From Bacteroidota bacterium (lineage in GTDB: Bacteria; Bacteroidota; Bacteroidia; NS11-12g; UBA955), in the NCBI GenBank assembly GCA_027490055.1, contig JAIXYV010000106.1, positions 30,802-94,801 on the forward strand: DNA of 64,000 nucleotides, given 5' to 3'. Both the position numbers and the translations under genes were made by a program. The notes under the pieces were generated by a model. It was not told the DNA's origin, searched no databases, and was given only the letters and a program-made list of their open reading frames with translations. This document shows, piece after piece, positions 11,601-20,229 of the stretch (positions within the stretch are counted from its first letter, which is position 1; every line of letters begins with the position of its first letter).

Positions 11601-11944
11601 ATCAGATCAGTCAGCAAGACTTGTTAAGACAAATCGGTTTAATTGAAGAGCAGATGAAAAAATATAATTTAATGATGCATGGTGATGGCAGCATGGCGTC
11701 TAGAGAATTTGAGACATTACCGGGATTAATAGGTTCTTTGGAAGGTATTGTAGGAAATTTATGGGCGACAACCGAAACGCCAACCACTACTTACACCAGC
11801 AGACTTAAAGAGATTAAAGTTAACTTCAAATCTGTTTATCAGCTGGTTCAGGACATAGACACTTTAATGAAGTCGCTTGAACTTCAGTTAGATAAGAACA
11901 AATTCCCATATACTCCGGGAAGGTTGCCAGACTGGAAGGAGTAA
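8672..11944 (+). CDS. Secreted BNR/Asp-box repeat glycosyl-hydrolase-like protein (sortilin/VPS10-type beta-propeller), 1090 aa
   Basis: The product has a signal peptide and at least 9 Asp-box motifs of the SxDxGxTW type (SEDGGKTWKNV, TTDGGKTWNRI, SIDNGSTWTKL, STDRGASWTKQ, TNDGGKSWYKT, SVDQGRTWTLV, SIDAGKTWDKM...). Confidence 0.8.
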   Translation: MDHLTSMFKKLLFAALVIPVFQMHSQSKSGKAQEPSKAPGTFSQIVSGLGFRSIGPAVTSGRIVDLCVNPQNTSQWYIAAGSGGVWKTDNAGTTFYPVFETQASFSIGCITMDPSNQNTIWVGSGENNNQRSVAYGDGVYKSEDGGKTWKNVGLKLSEHIGMITVDPNNSQVVYVAAYGPLWSAGGDRGIYKTTDGGKTWNRILFVSDNTGFNEIHIDKKRPNIMYATAHQRRRHEWTYLGGGPESAIYKSIDNGSTWTKLDNGLPKGDVGRIGLAIPDANTDIVYALIEASEGNGGLFKSTDRGASWTKQSGHTTAGNYYNEIFADPVNPDKIYSMNNWAVVSSDGGKTFKGIGERSKHVDNHVIWVDPKNTSHYLMGCDGGLYETWDEAATWNYKANLSITQFYRVSTDNALPFYNIYGGTQDNNTLGGPSRTMSASGIHNYDWFVTVGGDGFKTVVDTKNPDIVYSQWQYGGLVRFNRKTGEALDIKPQEKQGEPAYRYNWDAPIVLSNFENKTLYFAAQKVFKSTDMGNTWEIISPDLSRGIDRNKLSVMGKVWSVDAVAKNQSTSIYGNVTALAESPKNALLLYAGTDDGLIHVTNDGGKSWYKTEQISGVPAQSLVQNIYASKHDEKLVYAVINNHRNGDFKPYLVKSVDQGRTWTLVNGNLPERGSLQCLAEDHKNRNLLFCGTDFGVFASIDAGKTWDKMSGLPTICVKEIAIQERENDLVLATFGRGFYVLDDYSSLQNFEIVKQALETKPAVIFPIKDGLVFMQSTPLGHKGKSFQGESFFTAENPPVGAVISYYIKDDYKTIKSLRKDREEKQSNDYYPSADSLRIEDSEPEAYILAVIKDAEGNIIRQFKRAAAKGHQRLVWNGRMERTSPITFYTPDPSNPYEGEDQGPMALPGDYTIELHLVKNYQISLLTGPIGFKIKTLHPMKSDMNFNRELADFRRVVLGVDAYCSEIKNRLSFVKQGINQISQQDLLRQIGLIEEQMKKYNLMMHGDGSMASREFETLPGLIGSLEGIVGNLWATTETPTTTYTSRLKEIKVNFKSVYQLVQDIDTLMKSLELQLDKNKFPYTPGRLPDWKE

Positions 11945-11965
11945 ATTTTGTAAACAAAACTATAA

Positions 11966-12013
11966 TTGGCGTGTTTTAACAAGGGATTTAGGTTAAAGCA
12001 CGCCAATTTTTTT
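11966..12013 (+). terminator. Rho-independent terminator downstream of the BNR gene
   Basis: A 15-bp stem with one mismatch (ttggcgtgttttaac / gttaaagcacgccaa) has an 11-nt loop and is followed by a T7 run. Confidence 0.6.
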
Positions 12014-12075
12014 ATGGCTAAAAATGCCTTATTTTTACCCACTTAAATAAAGAATAAAATAATTTATAATATCAA

Positions 12076-14580
12076 TTGAAGCGGATAATCCTTATAGCAG
12101 TTATTTTGAGCAATTTTATATCGCTAAAGGCTTCGCATATAGTGGGTGGGGAGATATTTTACACCTTTGATGGTAGATCAGGGACAAACAACAACTATAC
12201 AGTCACTTTAAACTTATTTGTAGACTGTAATAATGGCACTCCTCAGTCGATTGAGCAGGACAAATCTGCCAGTTTTAATGTCTTCAGGGTTAATCAATCT
12301 AACTACTCATTGTTTACCAGTTATAGTCTTACCAATAGTAGAACTGGTCCTGTGCGTGTTTCGGATATTTCTTACAAGTGTATTAAAAACATTCCTGATA
12401 TCTGTGTCGATAAATACACTTATACTATAAAAATGAGCTTACCAGTTACAACATTGGGGTACGTTATTACATTTGAAAGGTGTTGCAGAAATTCGACCAC
12501 TACCAATATTTTAAATCCAGGAACTACGGGCGCAACTTATTGGACAAAGATCCCAGGAAGTAATTTAGTATCCAGCGATAACAGTCCTCAGTTTAAGTAT
12601 ACCCCGCCAACTTTTATTTGTTTAAATGCCCCTTTAACTTTCGACCATAGCGCTACTGATAAGGATGGTGATTCTTTGGTGTACGAATTGTATACACCAT
12701 ATGAAGGTGCCAGCAGAAACAATCCAATTCCCAGACCAAGCGCCTCTACTAATCCTGCCAATTTCAGCACTATTTCATGGTCGTCAGGTTCGGGGTATTC
12801 TGTGATTAATCAGATAGATGGAAATCCTTCACTTACTATCAATAGAAAAACTGGCAAACTCACTTTGACACCAACGGTGGCAGGACAGTTTGTGATTGGC
12901 ATAAAAGTATTAGAATATCGCAATGGTGTTTTAATAGGAGAAACAAAGCGGGATGTTCAGTTTAATGCCATTACCTGTGTGTTTGAGGTCGTATCATCCT
13001 TTTATTTGCCATCGGTTTTATGTTCAGCCAGTGAATTGAGTATATTGAATCAAAGTCAGGGTGCTACCAGTTATTCATGGGATTTTGGGGTTGTTACCAG
13101 AAAGGATGATACCTCTAATTTAAAGTCGCCGAAATACAAATACGATACATCCGGAAATTTTGAGATCCGTTTGGTGGCCCGGACGACAAAGTGTGCAGAT
13201 ACATTTTATACAGATGTTTATGTCAAGAAGAATTTTATAGTTGAATTGCCCAAGGATACTCTGTATTGCGGAAAATTTACCAAGACACTCAGCAGTAATA
13301 TACCTAATAAATCCAAGTTATGGAATACCGGCGATACTGGGGTAAGCATCACGGTCAATAAACAGGGTATTTATTGGTTAAAAGTATCTGATGACCCTTG
13401 CGTATCTGTAGATTCTACCGTCATCATTAATGATTTGAGTAAAGTTTATGTAGGACGTGATTCGGTAATCTGTACAGATAAATTTAAACCCTATAATTAT
13501 TTGGGACCTCCTGGCTATAAGTCGTACCAGTGGAGCACCGGTCAGGTAAACGATACATTAAGTGTTGCAAAACCCGGTACCTATTGGCTAAGAACTGTAA
13601 ACAGCAATCAATGTTCATCGGCAGATACATTAGAGATTATTGATTATTCGCCGCCCATATTTGACATTAGAGATACTATTTTCTGTCGCAATACAACAGT
13701 AACATTAGATGCCTTGAATCTCAATTCAGCCACACAGGCAGAGAGTAAATATGTATGGAGTAATGGCTCAAATAGCAGCAGCATAACTGTTGGCAGCATT
13801 GGTCAATACACGGTGTTAGTTAGTAATAAGTATTGTCAGCAAAGCGACACAGCAGTCTTAACTTATATTCAGACTGGCTTGGAATTGGGGCCTGATACTT
13901 TTTACTGCGGACCTGTTAACAGAACAGTGTATGCGCAAAATAATTTTATCAGTTACTTGTGGCAGGATGGAACAACTAACAGTTATGACCAGGCCTTATT
14001 ACCCGGAAAGTATAAAGTAACGATTGTTTCTAAAGATGGATGTGTAGAATCTGATTCTATGATGATCATACAGTATCCTGTTTTGGATCCAGGTTTGGGT
14101 GATGACACAACAGTGTGTATTTCATCAGAAATTTATCTCACAGCAGCAGATGGTATGAGCAGTTATTTGTGGAACAATGGAGCCACATCACAAAAGATTT
14201 CGGCCATGGAAAAGGGGCTCTTTACTGTGACGGTAAGCAACAGTCAGGGTTGTATAGCCAGTGATAGTGTGATGGTAAGCACCGATCCGAATGCAGTGCC
14301 GAATGAATTGTTTATGCCAGATGCCTTTACGCCGAATGACGATGGCACCAATGATGTATTTCCCTCCAACAGGTATAACAATCTAAACTCGTATTACCGT
14401 TTAAAAATCTTTAATCGCTGGGGAGAAGAGATCTTCGAAACTCAAGTAACCGGAGTGCAATGGGACGGCACTTTTAATGGCCAGTTAGCGCCACAGGATG
14501 TGTATGTCTTTTTGGTAAGTTCGGTAGGGTGTGATGGCATGGAGCGCCATTTCAGGGGCACTTTCAATTTACTTCGTTAA
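12076..14580 (+). CDS. Cell-surface protein with a T9SS type B sorting domain (gliding motility-associated C-terminal domain); 834 aa with tandem Cys-containing ~65-aa repeats
   Basis: It has a TTG start and a signal peptide. The C-terminus ...FTPNDDGTNDVF...KIFNRWGEEIFET...WDGTFNG...YVF is a canonical type B/CHU_C domain. The central region has 5 repeats of the pattern C..Y.W..G.T...I.V...G.Y.V.V....C...D...I. Confidence 0.8.
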   Translation: MKRIILIAVILSNFISLKASHIVGGEIFYTFDGRSGTNNNYTVTLNLFVDCNNGTPQSIEQDKSASFNVFRVNQSNYSLFTSYSLTNSRTGPVRVSDISYKCIKNIPDICVDKYTYTIKMSLPVTTLGYVITFERCCRNSTTTNILNPGTTGATYWTKIPGSNLVSSDNSPQFKYTPPTFICLNAPLTFDHSATDKDGDSLVYELYTPYEGASRNNPIPRPSASTNPANFSTISWSSGSGYSVINQIDGNPSLTINRKTGKLTLTPTVAGQFVIGIKVLEYRNGVLIGETKRDVQFNAITCVFEVVSSFYLPSVLCSASELSILNQSQGATSYSWDFGVVTRKDDTSNLKSPKYKYDTSGNFEIRLVARTTKCADTFYTDVYVKKNFIVELPKDTLYCGKFTKTLSSNIPNKSKLWNTGDTGVSITVNKQGIYWLKVSDDPCVSVDSTVIINDLSKVYVGRDSVICTDKFKPYNYLGPPGYKSYQWSTGQVNDTLSVAKPGTYWLRTVNSNQCSSADTLEIIDYSPPIFDIRDTIFCRNTTVTLDALNLNSATQAESKYVWSNGSNSSSITVGSIGQYTVLVSNKYCQQSDTAVLTYIQTGLELGPDTFYCGPVNRTVYAQNNFISYLWQDGTTNSYDQALLPGKYKVTIVSKDGCVESDSMMIIQYPVLDPGLGDDTTVCISSEIYLTAADGMSSYLWNNGATSQKISAMEKGLFTVTVSNSQGCIASDSVMVSTDPNAVPNELFMPDAFTPNDDGTNDVFPSNRYNNLNSYYRLKIFNRWGEEIFETQVTGVQWDGTFNGQLAPQDVYVFLVSSVGCDGMERHFRGTFNLLR

Positions 14581-14630
14581 AATTAAATCTTTAGTAATCT
14601 GTCGTTTAAAACAATTTATTTGTCGATAAC

Positions 14631-14653
14631 AGTACTATGTATTGCATAGTACT
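14631..14653. promoter_or_regulatory. Perfect 9-bp inverted repeat (AGTACTATG-tattg-CATAGTACT) overlapping the -35 region of the padR promoter; probable PadR auto-operator
   Basis: The palindrome is read directly from the sequence and is centred ~30 nt upstream of the padR -7 box. Confidence 0.45.
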
Positions 14654-14665
14654 ATAATTTTATTA

Positions 14666-14673
14666 TACCTTTG
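14666..14673 (+). promoter_or_regulatory. -7 box TACCTTTG, 4 nt upstream of the padR ATG (14678)
   Basis: The sequence matches TAnnTTTG. Confidence 0.45.
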
Positions 14674-14677
14674 CAGC

Positions 14678-15004
14678 ATGGATTTAGAGAATACCCGTTC
14701 GCAGATGCGCAAAGGCATATTGGAATACTGCATTCTCAGTATTATCGGACAGCGCGAGTGTTACGCATCGGATATTATAGAAGAGATGAAGAAAGCCAGG
14801 TTGATAGTGGTGGAGGGCACTTTGTATCCATTGCTTACCAGACTAAAGAATGCAGGCTTATTGCAGTATAAGTGGGAAGAATCTAAATCTGGTCCGCCGC
14901 GCAAGTATTACGCATTAACAACAGAAGGAACATTATTCATTAGTGAGCTCACACAAACCTGGGATGAATTGAGCACAGCAGTAAACACCATTAGACAAAA
15001 ATAA
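14678..15004 (+). CDS. PadR-family transcriptional regulator (~108 aa)
   Basis: The winged helix-turn-helix region GILEYCILSIIGQRECYASDIIEEM...GTLYPLLTRLKNAGLL...KYYALTTEG is typical of PadR. The start is chosen at MDLENT, and the ORF-track start at 14642 is probably too far upstream. Confidence 0.85.
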   Translation: MDLENTRSQMRKGILEYCILSIIGQRECYASDIIEEMKKARLIVVEGTLYPLLTRLKNAGLLQYKWEESKSGPPRKYYALTTEGTLFISELTQTWDELSTAVNTIRQK

Positions 15005-15016
15005 AAACACTACAAT

Positions 15017-16525
15017 ATGAACAAAATCATCAGTGCCAACATTAACGGCTTCATTTTTAGCGTCGACGAGAAAGCTTACGAGCATTTGAGGCAGTATCTG
15101 GACAGCATCAGACAGAAGGTAAAGAATGAGGAGGTAATGACGGATATAGAGAACCGTATTGCGGAGTTATTTGATTACAAGATCAAGAACGGATCGCAGG
15201 CGATTTTAATGAAAGATGTGGAAGAGATTATTAGTCAGATAGGCTCGCCGGAGCAATTTGGCGGAGAGGAGCACGAAGAAGAAAAGACACAGCGTGCTGA
15301 AACCAGCAGTTTTCAGCGCCGCAAGTACCGTCGTCTATACCGCAACGAAGATGATAAAATGATAGGCGGTGTTTGTAGCGGATTAGCGGCCTATTTTGGG
15401 ATAGACCCCATGTTGGTGCGAGTAGCATTTGCCTTATCCTTTTTTGCTTTCGGCACAGGCTTTTTGTTATATATATTTTTGATGGTAATAGTACCAAAAG
15501 CGGTTACACCTTCAGAGAAATTGGAGATGATGGGAGAGCCGGTAGATTTTAATAACTTGGGCAAGACCATTGAGAAAGACATCAAGGATGCTTATGACAG
15601 ATACCGTCCGGAGGTAAAAACTGGCTTTGAGCGATTTTTAGAGATAGCAGTTAAGATTGGAGGCATTGTGCTGTTCATTTTTGTGCTTAGCATCATAATA
15701 CCTACCGGCTTTGGAGTTTTTGCCTCTATCGGGCTCGTATCATGGTTTTTGCCAGTAATAAGCAGCTACATCTTCGTGAGCGAAACACAAGCCATCATTA
15801 TTTTAATTGGTTTAATATTATTTTTACTGGTGCCTTTGGTGAGTGTGGCTTACAAGATCATTCAATTTTTATTTAAGACCAGACCCATGCACAGGGGTTT
15901 ATCAATTGCATTATCTGTTTTTTGGTTTATTGGATTTTGCTTGTTGGCTTACAGTACCTACAATACCGCCTCACAGTTTTCAAACAGCACATCCGTCAGC
16001 AGTAACGACACTATAGCAACTCAGGGCACTTTAGTAATAAGGGCCAAGAATACCGGCAGTGATTCAGAATTTGAATTCAGGGCCAATGGCGTGAATTATA
16101 CGCATTTTCAGAGTGAAGATGATTTACGTGAATTTTTAGACGACAGAATAGGCAGGAACATAGAACTCAGTATTGTCAGATCGTACGTCAATCAAGCAGT
16201 GGTGAGTGTAATCAAGCGATCGAATGGTGCTAATCGCAGAGAAGCATATATGAATTCTGAGAATATTTTATACCATTACGAAATCAAGGATTCCATCATC
16301 ACATTGGACGATTTTTTTAGATTAGACAGACAGAGTTTATGGCGCAATCAACGTGTAAAGATTGTGATTGCGGTACCGGTTGCACAGAAGTTCATTATCG
16401 ACAGCAGTTGTGAGCCAATATTTGAGGAGGACAATATCGAGCGCGGCACCAGAGCGCGTGATGAAGATTCGATATACGACAAGACTCTGGAGCTGAATGA
16501 CAAAGGGGTTTTAGCGGGGAAGTAG
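15017..16525 (+). CDS. PspC-domain membrane protein (502 aa) in a PadR-PspC envelope-stress-type module
   Basis: The PspC motif is DKMIGGVCSGLAAYFGIDPMLVRVAFAL. It is followed by multiple TM helices and a C-terminal soluble domain. Confidence 0.75.
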   Translation: MNKIISANINGFIFSVDEKAYEHLRQYLDSIRQKVKNEEVMTDIENRIAELFDYKIKNGSQAILMKDVEEIISQIGSPEQFGGEEHEEEKTQRAETSSFQRRKYRRLYRNEDDKMIGGVCSGLAAYFGIDPMLVRVAFALSFFAFGTGFLLYIFLMVIVPKAVTPSEKLEMMGEPVDFNNLGKTIEKDIKDAYDRYRPEVKTGFERFLEIAVKIGGIVLFIFVLSIIIPTGFGVFASIGLVSWFLPVISSYIFVSETQAIIILIGLILFLLVPLVSVAYKIIQFLFKTRPMHRGLSIALSVFWFIGFCLLAYSTYNTASQFSNSTSVSSNDTIATQGTLVIRAKNTGSDSEFEFRANGVNYTHFQSEDDLREFLDDRIGRNIELSIVRSYVNQAVVSVIKRSNGANRREAYMNSENILYHYEIKDSIITLDDFFRLDRQSLWRNQRVKIVIAVPVAQKFIIDSSCEPIFEEDNIERGTRARDEDSIYDKTLELNDKGVLAGK

Positions 16526-16544
16526 GTTGTTTGAATAAGGCTAC

Positions 16545-16760
16545 CTAGAACAATAAATATCCCAATTTGAAATGGAATAACGAGCTTTTCCTTGTTGGAC
16601 TAAAACCATAAACACTCGGATTAATTGAAGTACCTGGTTGTGGATGAATCTTTTCAAAATTGTGATTATAGCTTCCTTCAATGCCGATTGATATTCTATT
16701 TTTGATTATGTAATTTATAATTAATCCTGCAGTGTAACCCTCCCTAAAACTAGTACGGAT
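16545..16760 (-). pseudogene. Start-less ~70-codon fragment resembling the C-terminal half of the adjacent 224-aa OMP-like gene (paralog remnant)
   Basis: The minus-strand translation is ...TSFREGYTAGLIINYIIKNRISIGIEGSYNHNFEKIHPQPGTSINPSVYGFSPTRKSSLFHFKLGYLLF*. It shares FREGY and (V/I)GIE(T/G)(Q/S)YNH(F/N)FE(S/K) with the 16857..17531 product. Stop codons lie in-frame just upstream and there is no start codon. Confidence 0.4.
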
Positions 16761-16856
16761 TAAAAGTCAAATATTTCAATTTTGCGGTCCTCCTCGTATT
16801 AGTGCGTTTCTAAAGTAGAAAATCCAGGGTCTATTTGTAGAAAATATGCTTCAAAT

Positions 16857-17531
16857 TCATTTTCTCTTCCAATCTATGGTAATCCCTAATTTAAAAGCAA
16901 TATTAATGACATTCTTATTGACTTTATGTTCCGGTATTTGGTCTATTTTATAATTAGAATTATCATAAGGTTTCTTGGACTCAAAAAAGTGATTATATTG
17001 GGTTTCAATTCCGACAGTAAATACTCTTCCAATCACTCTGTTCAGATCGAATCCGAATCCGATAGAAGGACTGAGATATTCATAATTGATCACTGTGTAG
17101 TGATGCCACCCATAGCCTTCTTCAATGTAAATACGTTCATATCCTTCTCTGAAACCAAGGCTGAGCTGCGGAATAAAATTCATTTTTGTTTTTTCATGGT
17201 AAAAAAACCTGCCATAGTGAATAGATCCCCCTATGCTTAGTCTATTAATTACGTCATTTCTTAAGGAAATTTTTCCTTCAGGATAGTAAAGCTCATGTAA
17301 ATAGGAGGAAATACCATAGTAATTTCGTCTTGATATTAAATAGATTTTTGCGAATGTCACCTTAGGTTCATTAGTGTAGAAGAACCGCACATTCTGATCC
17401 TCCATATACCATGGAACCGATTTTCCAATCTCTATGGATATCCTTTTCAGAGAATCTATGGGACTTGTCTGTGAATATGAATACATTACATTCACAGACA
17501 AGCTAATTACGATTAAAGGTCTTATATTCAT
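16857..17531 (-). CDS. Hypothetical secreted/outer-membrane beta-barrel-like protein (224 aa)
   Basis: The product has a signal peptide. Alternating aromatic/hydrophobic beta-strand patterning runs throughout, and it ends in aromatic-rich ...AFKLGITIDWKRK. Confidence 0.45.
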   Translation of the reverse strand: MNIRPLIVISLSVNVMYSYSQTSPIDSLKRISIEIGKSVPWYMEDQNVRFFYTNEPKVTFAKIYLISRRNYYGISSYLHELYYPEGKISLRNDVINRLSIGGSIHYGRFFYHEKTKMNFIPQLSLGFREGYERIYIEEGYGWHHYTVINYEYLSPSIGFGFDLNRVIGRVFTVGIETQYNHFFESKKPYDNSNYKIDQIPEHKVNKNVINIAFKLGITIDWKRK

Positions 17532-17836
17532 AGCTTTAAAATTTTATATCTAAAATTAACTTCTTCAAAGTTAATACAAAGAGAATAGATTCCTGAACCA
17601 AGACTGCTAATATCTATTGAACTTAATTCTTCCATATTGCTTTCTAAGGATAGAACATTTACGCCAAATTGGTTTACGATGTTAATTTTAACCGGAATCC
17701 ATTTGGAATAATTATACAGAATCCCCCAATTTATATTAATTTTATCATTTGAAGGATTTGGATATAATGTGGAAAAGCCGATGATATTGACCCCTCTGTG
17801 CCGAAGTAAATTAACCCCCTGTAGATAAATGTTCAA
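17528..17836 (-). pseudogene. Orphan T9SS type A C-terminal sorting domain-only ORF (102 aa, TTG start); probable 3' remnant of a lost cargo gene
   Basis: The product is essentially only a Por secretion-tail domain (...STLYPNPSNDKININ...GIYSLCINFEEVNFRYKILKL). The upstream in-frame open stretch is only ~30 codons before a stop and contains no ATG. Confidence 0.45.
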
Positions 17837-17910
17837 AATTGATGAATAGTTTGAAATTAAAATGTCAATTACTTTTTGAGGAGTGTTAGCAGAGAAGTAG
17901 GTTGTTTTAA

Positions 17911-19464
17911 TTACCCACTCCAGTTTTCTCTATCCAGACTTCTGTAGTGAATGGCTTCGGCCAGGTGATGGGTTTGAATGTCAACTGAGTTGTCTAAATC
18001 GGCTATGGTGCGAGCTACTTTCAGAATCCTGTCGTAGGCGCGGGCGCTTAGGTTGAGGCGTTGCATAGCGGTCTTGAGCAAGTTATTGCCAGCATCTGTA
18101 ATAGCGCATAAAACTTTGATCTGATTGCCCGGCATCTGGGCATTGCAATAGATGCCTTCCCGTTTCTGATACCGCTCAAGTTGAATGGCTCTGGCATTGA
18201 TAACCCTTTGTCTGACAATGGTACTTTTTTCGTTATTTCTTTTCGATGAAGATAGTTCCTCAAAACTCACTGGTGTTACCTCGATATGGATATCAATTCT
18301 GTCTAATAGCGGTCCGCTGATTTTACTGAGGTATTTCTGCACCACTACAGAGCCACAGGAACATTCTCTGTCAGGGTGGTTGTAGTAGCCACAGGGGCAG
18401 GGATTCATACTGGCCACGAGCATAAATCCAGCGGGATAATCGACCGAGAATTTGGCTCTGGCGATGTTCACTTTCCTGTCTTCGAGGGGCTGTCGCATCA
18501 CTTCAAGAACGGTGCGTTTAAATTCTGGTAATTCATCTAAAAAAAGAACGCCATTGTGGGCCAGAGAAATTTCGCCTGGTTGCGGGGTATTGCCACCGCC
18601 TACCAATGCCACATCGCTGATTGTATGATGGGGTGCTCTGAATGGTCGATGTACCACTAAGCCCTTACCATCGTTTAAACGGCCAGCAACAGAGTGAATT
18701 TTGGTCGTTTCCAGGGCTTCACTTAAAGTCATGGGTGGCAAAATACCCGGCAGGCGTTTTGCGAGCATGGTTTTACCAGCGCCGGGCGGACCGATCAAAA
18801 TGATATTATGACCACCAGCTGCGGCTATTTCCATAGCGCGTTTGATGTTTTCCTGACCTTGCACATCGGCAAAGTCGAGGTCGAAGTCGCTTGCCGCCTG
18901 CTCGAAATCGATGGCAGATAAATCGCTTTCAGGTTCAAGATCAGAAGTACCATTAAAAAACTCCAGCAATTCAGACAGATTCTCGACACCGATAACATCT
19001 AAACCAGAGACTATGGCGGCTTCTCTGGCATTTTGTTTGGGAAGAATAAATCCTTTAAATCCATCGTCTCGCGCCTGAATAGCAATAGGCAGAGCACCTC
19101 TGATAGGTAGCACACTGCCATCCATGGACAATTCCCCCATAATGATATAGTCTTCAATATTACTGGTATTCTTAATTTGATGATCGGCTGCAAGTACAGC
19201 GATGGCGATTGTAAGATCGTAGGCACTGCCTTCTTTACGGATATCAGCAGGGGCCATATTCACCACAATTTTCTTTCGCGGGAAGTCTCGGCCATTATTT
19301 TTAAAGGCAGTGGTAATACGGGTCCAGCTTTCTTTAACTGCATTATCTGGCAGGCCCACCATGATAAATTTGGCGCCATCGCCACTGACATTTACTTCAA
19401 CTGTAATGGTACAGGCATTGATGCCGAATACGGCAGATCCAAAGGTTCTTATAAACATACTCAA
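17911..19464 (-). CDS. comM: YifB/ComM-family Mg-chelatase-like AAA+ ATPase
   Basis: The product has an N-terminal Lon-protease-like S5 domain (FGINACTITVEVNVSGDGAKFIMVGLPDNAVKES), Walker A (ILIGPPGAGKTML), Walker B (GVLFLDELPEF) and a Cys cluster (CPCGYY...CSC). Confidence 0.9.
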   Translation of the reverse strand: MSMFIRTFGSAVFGINACTITVEVNVSGDGAKFIMVGLPDNAVKESWTRITTAFKNNGRDFPRKKIVVNMAPADIRKEGSAYDLTIAIAVLAADHQIKNTSNIEDYIIMGELSMDGSVLPIRGALPIAIQARDDGFKGFILPKQNAREAAIVSGLDVIGVENLSELLEFFNGTSDLEPESDLSAIDFEQAASDFDLDFADVQGQENIKRAMEIAAAGGHNIILIGPPGAGKTMLAKRLPGILPPMTLSEALETTKIHSVAGRLNDGKGLVVHRPFRAPHHTISDVALVGGGNTPQPGEISLAHNGVLFLDELPEFKRTVLEVMRQPLEDRKVNIARAKFSVDYPAGFMLVASMNPCPCGYYNHPDRECSCGSVVVQKYLSKISGPLLDRIDIHIEVTPVSFEELSSSKRNNEKSTIVRQRVINARAIQLERYQKREGIYCNAQMPGNQIKVLCAITDAGNNLLKTAMQRLNLSARAYDRILKVARTIADLDNSVDIQTHHLAEAIHYRSLDRENWSG

Positions 19465-19624
19465 TTTTTAGTCGAAGCTAAAAATTGTATTTCAGAATAA
19501 TAGACTCGTAGACAAAGAATTAGGTGTCTTTTAAAAAATAAAAGTCAAATCGTGCAGCATTTTTGACACAACGGTCGTCTATAGAAGTGTAGATTAGTAA
19601 ATTTTTTCATAATAGAAGGCGAAA

Positions 19625-19654
19625 GGGCACATTGAATGTGTCCTTTTTCTTTTT
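19625..19654. terminator. Hairpin (8-bp stem with one GU, 3-nt loop) flanked by a T-run on the + strand and a weaker T-run on the - strand, between gmhA and comM
   Basis: The sequence gggcacattgaatgtgtcc is followed by tttttcttttt. It sits where a terminator for the minus-strand dsbD-gmhA transcript is expected, but the better T-run is on the + strand, so the orientation is ambiguous. Confidence 0.4.
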
Positions 19655-19662
19655 ATGAAAAT

Positions 19663-20229
19663 TTAGAGATTGTTCTCGATATAGTCGATAAGACTATGGA
19701 TGCATTTGATATGAATTTCCTGGGCTCTATCGGCGAAGTCAGAATGCGGGGCTCTGATTTCTACATCACATAATTCAGCCATTGCGCCACCGTTTTTTCC
19801 GGTTAGTCCTACTACTTTCATGCCTTTAGCATGAGCAGTTTCAATAGCTTTAAGCACATTTTTAGAATTACCACTGGTACTGATAGCTAATAGAACATCA
19901 CCTTTATTACCAAGGGCTTCGAGGTATCTTGAAAACACAAAATCGTAGCCATAATCGTTACCCACGCAAGCCATATGACTGGCGTCAGAGATAGCGATAG
20001 CTGGAATAGCGGGACGATTGTCTCGGTATCTGCCGGTGAGTTCTTCAGCAAAGTGCATGGCATCACAGAGACTGCCACCATTGCCACAGCTAAGAATTTT
20101 ACCACCATTTTTGATAGCCTCTACCATCAATTGCCCAGCTTTTTCTATAGCGATGAAATTATCTTCATTGGATAGGAAGCTGTTTAAAACAGACTGAGCT
20201 TCGAGGAAATGTTGTTTTATCTGACTCAT
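19663..20229 (-). CDS. gmhA: SIS-domain phosphoheptose isomerase (GmhA-like)
   Basis: SIS motifs are present ([23 protein letters not shown]..., [16 protein letters not shown]). Confidence 0.75.
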   Translation of the reverse strand: MSQIKQHFLEAQSVLNSFLSNEDNFIAIEKAGQLMVEAIKNGGKILSCGNGGSLCDAMHFAEELTGRYRDNRPAIPAIAISDASHMACVGNDYGYDFVFSRYLEALGNKGDVLLAISTSGNSKNVLKAIETAHAKGMKVVGLTGKNGGAMAELCDVEIRAPHSDFADRAQEIHIKCIHSLIDYIENNL

